Below are positions 60,558 through 64,000 of a stretch of DNA of 64,000 nt, piece after piece (position 1 is the first letter of the stretch; each line of letters opens with the position of its first letter). Both the position numbers and the translations under genes were made by a program. Source of the DNA: the human T2T-CHM13v2.0 reference genome, Homo sapiens; assembly GCF_009914755.1 (NCBI RefSeq), contig NC_060927.1; one strand, written 5' to 3'. Below the pieces are notes generated by a model that was given only the letters and a program-made list of their open reading frames with translations, did no database searches and was not told the DNA's origin.

Positions 60558-63500
60558 TCTTTTTTAAACTTTTATTTTGGGTTCAGGGGTACATTGCAGG
60601 TTTGTTATATAGGTAAACTGTATGTCATGGGGGTTTGGTGTACAGATAATTTTGTCACTCAGGTAATAAGCATAGCACCCGATAGGTATTTTTTCTGATC
60701 ATCTCCCTCCTCCCACCCTCCACCCTCAAGAAGGTCCCAATGTCTATTGTTCACCTCTATGTATCTATGTTTTCTTGTTATACCTCCTACTCATAAGTGA
60801 GAACATGTGGTATTTGGTTTTCTGTTTCTGCATTAGTTTGCTTAGGATAATGGCCTCCACCTCCAACCACGTTGCTGCAAAGGACGTGATCTCATTCCTT
60901 TTTATGACTGCATAGTATTCCATGGTGTATATATACCACATTTTCTTTATCCAGTCTACCATTAATGGACTTTTAGATTGATCTCATGTCTTTGCTATTG
61001 TGAATAATGCTGCAATAAAGATACACATGCATATGTCTTTATAGTAGAATGATTTATATTCCTTTGGGTATATACCCAATAATTGGATTGCTGGGTTGAA
61101 TGGTAATTCTGTTTTAAGTTCTTTGAGGAATCACCACAGTGCTTTCCACAATGGCTGAACTAATTTACATTCCCACCAGCACTATGTAAGTGTTCCCTTT
61201 TTCTCTGCAACCTTACCAGCATCTGTTATTTTTTGATTTTTTAATAGTCATTCTGAATTGTGTGAGATGATATCTCATTGTGGTTTTGATTTGCATTTGT
61301 CTAATGATCAGTGATGTTGAGTAGTTTTTCATATGCTTCTCGGCCACATGTATGTCTTCTTTTGAAAATTGTCTGCTCAGATCTTTGCCCACTTTTTAAT
61401 GAGGTTGTTTGTGTTTTGCTTGTAAATTTGTTTAAGCTCCATAAAGAGTCTGGATATTAGACCTTTGGTGGATGCATAATTTGCAAATATTTTCTCCCAT
61501 TTTGTAGGTTGTCTATTTACTCTGCTGATAGTTTTGTTTTTTGCTGTGCAGAAGCTCTTTAGTTTAATTAAATCCCCTTTGTCAACTTTTGTATTTATTG
61601 CAATTACTTTTGGTGTCTTAGTCATGAAATCTTTGTTCAGAATGGCAGTTCCTAGATTTTCTTCCAGGATTTTTATAGTTTGGGGTTTTACATTTAAATC
61701 TTTAATCCATCTTGAGTTGACTTTTGTTATGTGGTATAAGGTAGGGGTCCAGTTTCAAACTTCTGCACATGGCTAGCCAGTTTGATATTCCTTTGATGCC
61801 TAGTTTATTGAGCGTATTTTAGCATGAAGGGATGTTGAATTTTATTGAAAGCCTTTTTCTGCATCTGTTGGGATAATTATGTGGGTTAGTGCTATTTATG
61901 TCATTAATCACACTTATTGATTTGTATATGTTGAACCAACCTTGCATCCCAGGGATAAAGCCTATGTGATCGTGGTGGATTAGATTTTTGATGTGCTACT
62001 GGATTCTGTTTGGTAGTATTTTGTTGAGTATCTTTACATCTATATTAATAAAGGATATTGGCCTGAAGTTTTCTTTTTTGTTGAGTCTCTTTTAGGTTTT
62101 GGTATCAAGATAATGATACCAACTCATAGAATGAGTTGAGAAGGAGCCCTTCATCCTCAATTTTTTGGAATAGGGTCAGTAGGAATGGCACTAGCTCTTC
62201 CTTATACATCTGGTAGAATGTGACTGTGAATCCATCTGGTCCTGGGATTTTTTTTTAGTTGGTAGGCTTTATATTACTGATTTGATTTCAGAACTTGTTT
62301 TTATTCTGTTCAGGAATTCAGTTTCTTCCTGGTTCAGTCTTGGGAGGGTGTATTTGTCCAGAAATTTTTCTATTTCTTCTAAACTTTCTAGTTTATGTAT
62401 GTAGAGGTATTCATCATAGTCTTTGATTTTTTTTTTTTGTATTTATGTGAGGTGAGTGGTAACATCCCCTTTATCATTTCTAATTGTGTTTATTTGGCTC
62501 TTCTCTCTTTTTTTCTGTATTATCCTAGCCAGTGGTCCATATATCTTATTATTTTTTTCAAAAAACACGCTGCTGGATTTGTTGGTCTTCTGTGTGGTTT
62601 TTTCATGTCTCAATTTCCTTCACTTTAGCTCTAATTTTTGTTATTTATTGTCTTCCGGTAGTTGGTTTGCTCTTGCTTTTGTAGTTCTTTTAGTTGTGAT
62701 GTTATGTTATTAATTTGAGATCTTTCTAACTTTTTGATGTGGACATTTAGTGCTATAAACTTTCCTCTTAACACTACCTTAACTGTGTCCCAGGGATTCT
62801 GATATCTTGTATCTTTGTTCTCATTAGTTTCAAAGAATTTCTCAATTTCTGCCTTAATTTCATTGTACACCCAAAGTCATTCAGGAGCAAGTTGTTTTAT
62901 TTCCATAGAACTTTATGGTTTTGAGTGATTTTCTTAGTATTGATTTCTATTTATATTGTGCTTTGGTCTGAGAGTGTGATTGGAAGGTTTTTTTTTAATT
63001 TGCTGAGTATTGTTTTCTGTCGATTTTGAGGTCAGTTCTGGAGTATGTGCCATGTGGCAATGAGAAGAATGTATATTCTATTGTTTGGGGGTGGAGAGTT
63101 CTGTAGATATCTATCAGATCCAGTGCTGAGTTCAAGTCCTGAATATCTTTGTTAATTTTCTGCCTCAATGATTTGTCTAATATTCCCAGTGGGATGTTAA
63201 AGTCTCCCACTATCATTGTGTGGGGGTCGGTTTTTGTAGTCTCTAAGAACTTGCTTTATGAATCTGGGTGCTCCCGTGTTGGGTGCATATTTATTTAGGA
63301 TAGTTAGATCTTCTTGTTGAATTGAACCCTGTGTACATTATACATGTACCATTACGTAATTTCCTTCTTTGTCTTTTTTGATCTTTGTTGGTTTAAAGTC
63401 TGTTTCATCAGAAACTAGAATTGCAACCTCTGCTTTTGTCTGTTTTTTGTTTGTTTGTTTGTTTGCTTGATAGATTTTTCTCTGTCCCTTTATTTTGAGA

Positions 63501-64000
63501 CTATGGATGTCTCTGCATGTGAGGTGGGTCTCTTTAAGACAGCATACCATTGGGTCTTGCTTTTTTATCCAGTTTGCCACTCTGTGCCTTTAATTGGGGC
63601 ATTTAGGTCATTTACATTCAAGGGTAGTACTAATATATGCATATTTGATTCTGTCATCCTGTTGTTAGCTGGTTATTATGCAGACTTGTTTGTGTGGTTT
63701 CTTTATAGTGTCACTGGTCTGTATACTTAGGTATGTTTTTGTAGTGGCTGGTAATGTTCTTTCCTTTCCATATTTAGTGCTCCTTTCAGGACCTCTTGTA
63801 AGGCAGTTCTGATGGTAACAAATTCTGTTAGCATTTGCTGGTCTGAAAAGGATCATTTCTCCTTCACTTATGAAGCTTAGTTTGGCTGAATATGAAATTC
63901 TTTGCTGGAAATCTTTTTCATAAAGAATGCTGAAAATAGGCCCCAGTAGCTTCTGGTTTGTAGAATTTCTGCTGAAAGCTCCACTGTTAACCTGATGGGG
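60558..64000 (-). mobile_element. L1PA15/16-like LINE-1 (3'UTR, ORF2 with internal deletion, into ORF1); continues beyond the window
   Basis: 3'UTR 'ggggtacattgcaggtttgttatataggtaaact...gataggtattttttctgatc'; ORF2 peptides IVGDFNIPL and [12 protein letters not shown] on the minus strand. Confidence 0.9.

Overview
This is primate, human-like nuclear DNA: AT-rich, CpG-depleted and dominated by transposable elements. I recognise no cellular protein-coding gene, tRNA/rRNA gene, CpG island or CRISPR array. The longer ORFs in the track are L1, HERV-H, Alu or microsatellite artefacts. Main contents: a full-length but dead L1PA7-like LINE-1 (7831-14280, +); a 5.8-kb env-deleted HERV-H provirus with both LTR7s, a tRNA-His PBS and a 5-bp TSD (34795-40583, -); a 5'-inverted (twin-primed) L1PA2; an L1PA15/16-like element running off the right end; about 13 Alu copies or monomers; MaLR, ERV1 and ERVL solo LTRs; and MIR, L2 and DNA-transposon relics. 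The most unusual part is about 34.2-45.0 kb. There one old L1M has received six insertions: an apparently L1-retroposed, polyadenylated ERV1-LTR fragment, HERV-H, a MER4-group LTR, L1PA2, a second solo LTR7, and a MER41 fused to an Alu. All six have their 3' end to the left. Candidate regulatory motifs are tandem GAS sites in MER41, a DUX4 site in THE1, an octamer next to HERV-H, and a TATA asymmetry between the two HERV-H LTRs. I found no convincing new biological system. Subfamily names are from recalled consensus features and need RepeatMasker/Dfam confirmation.
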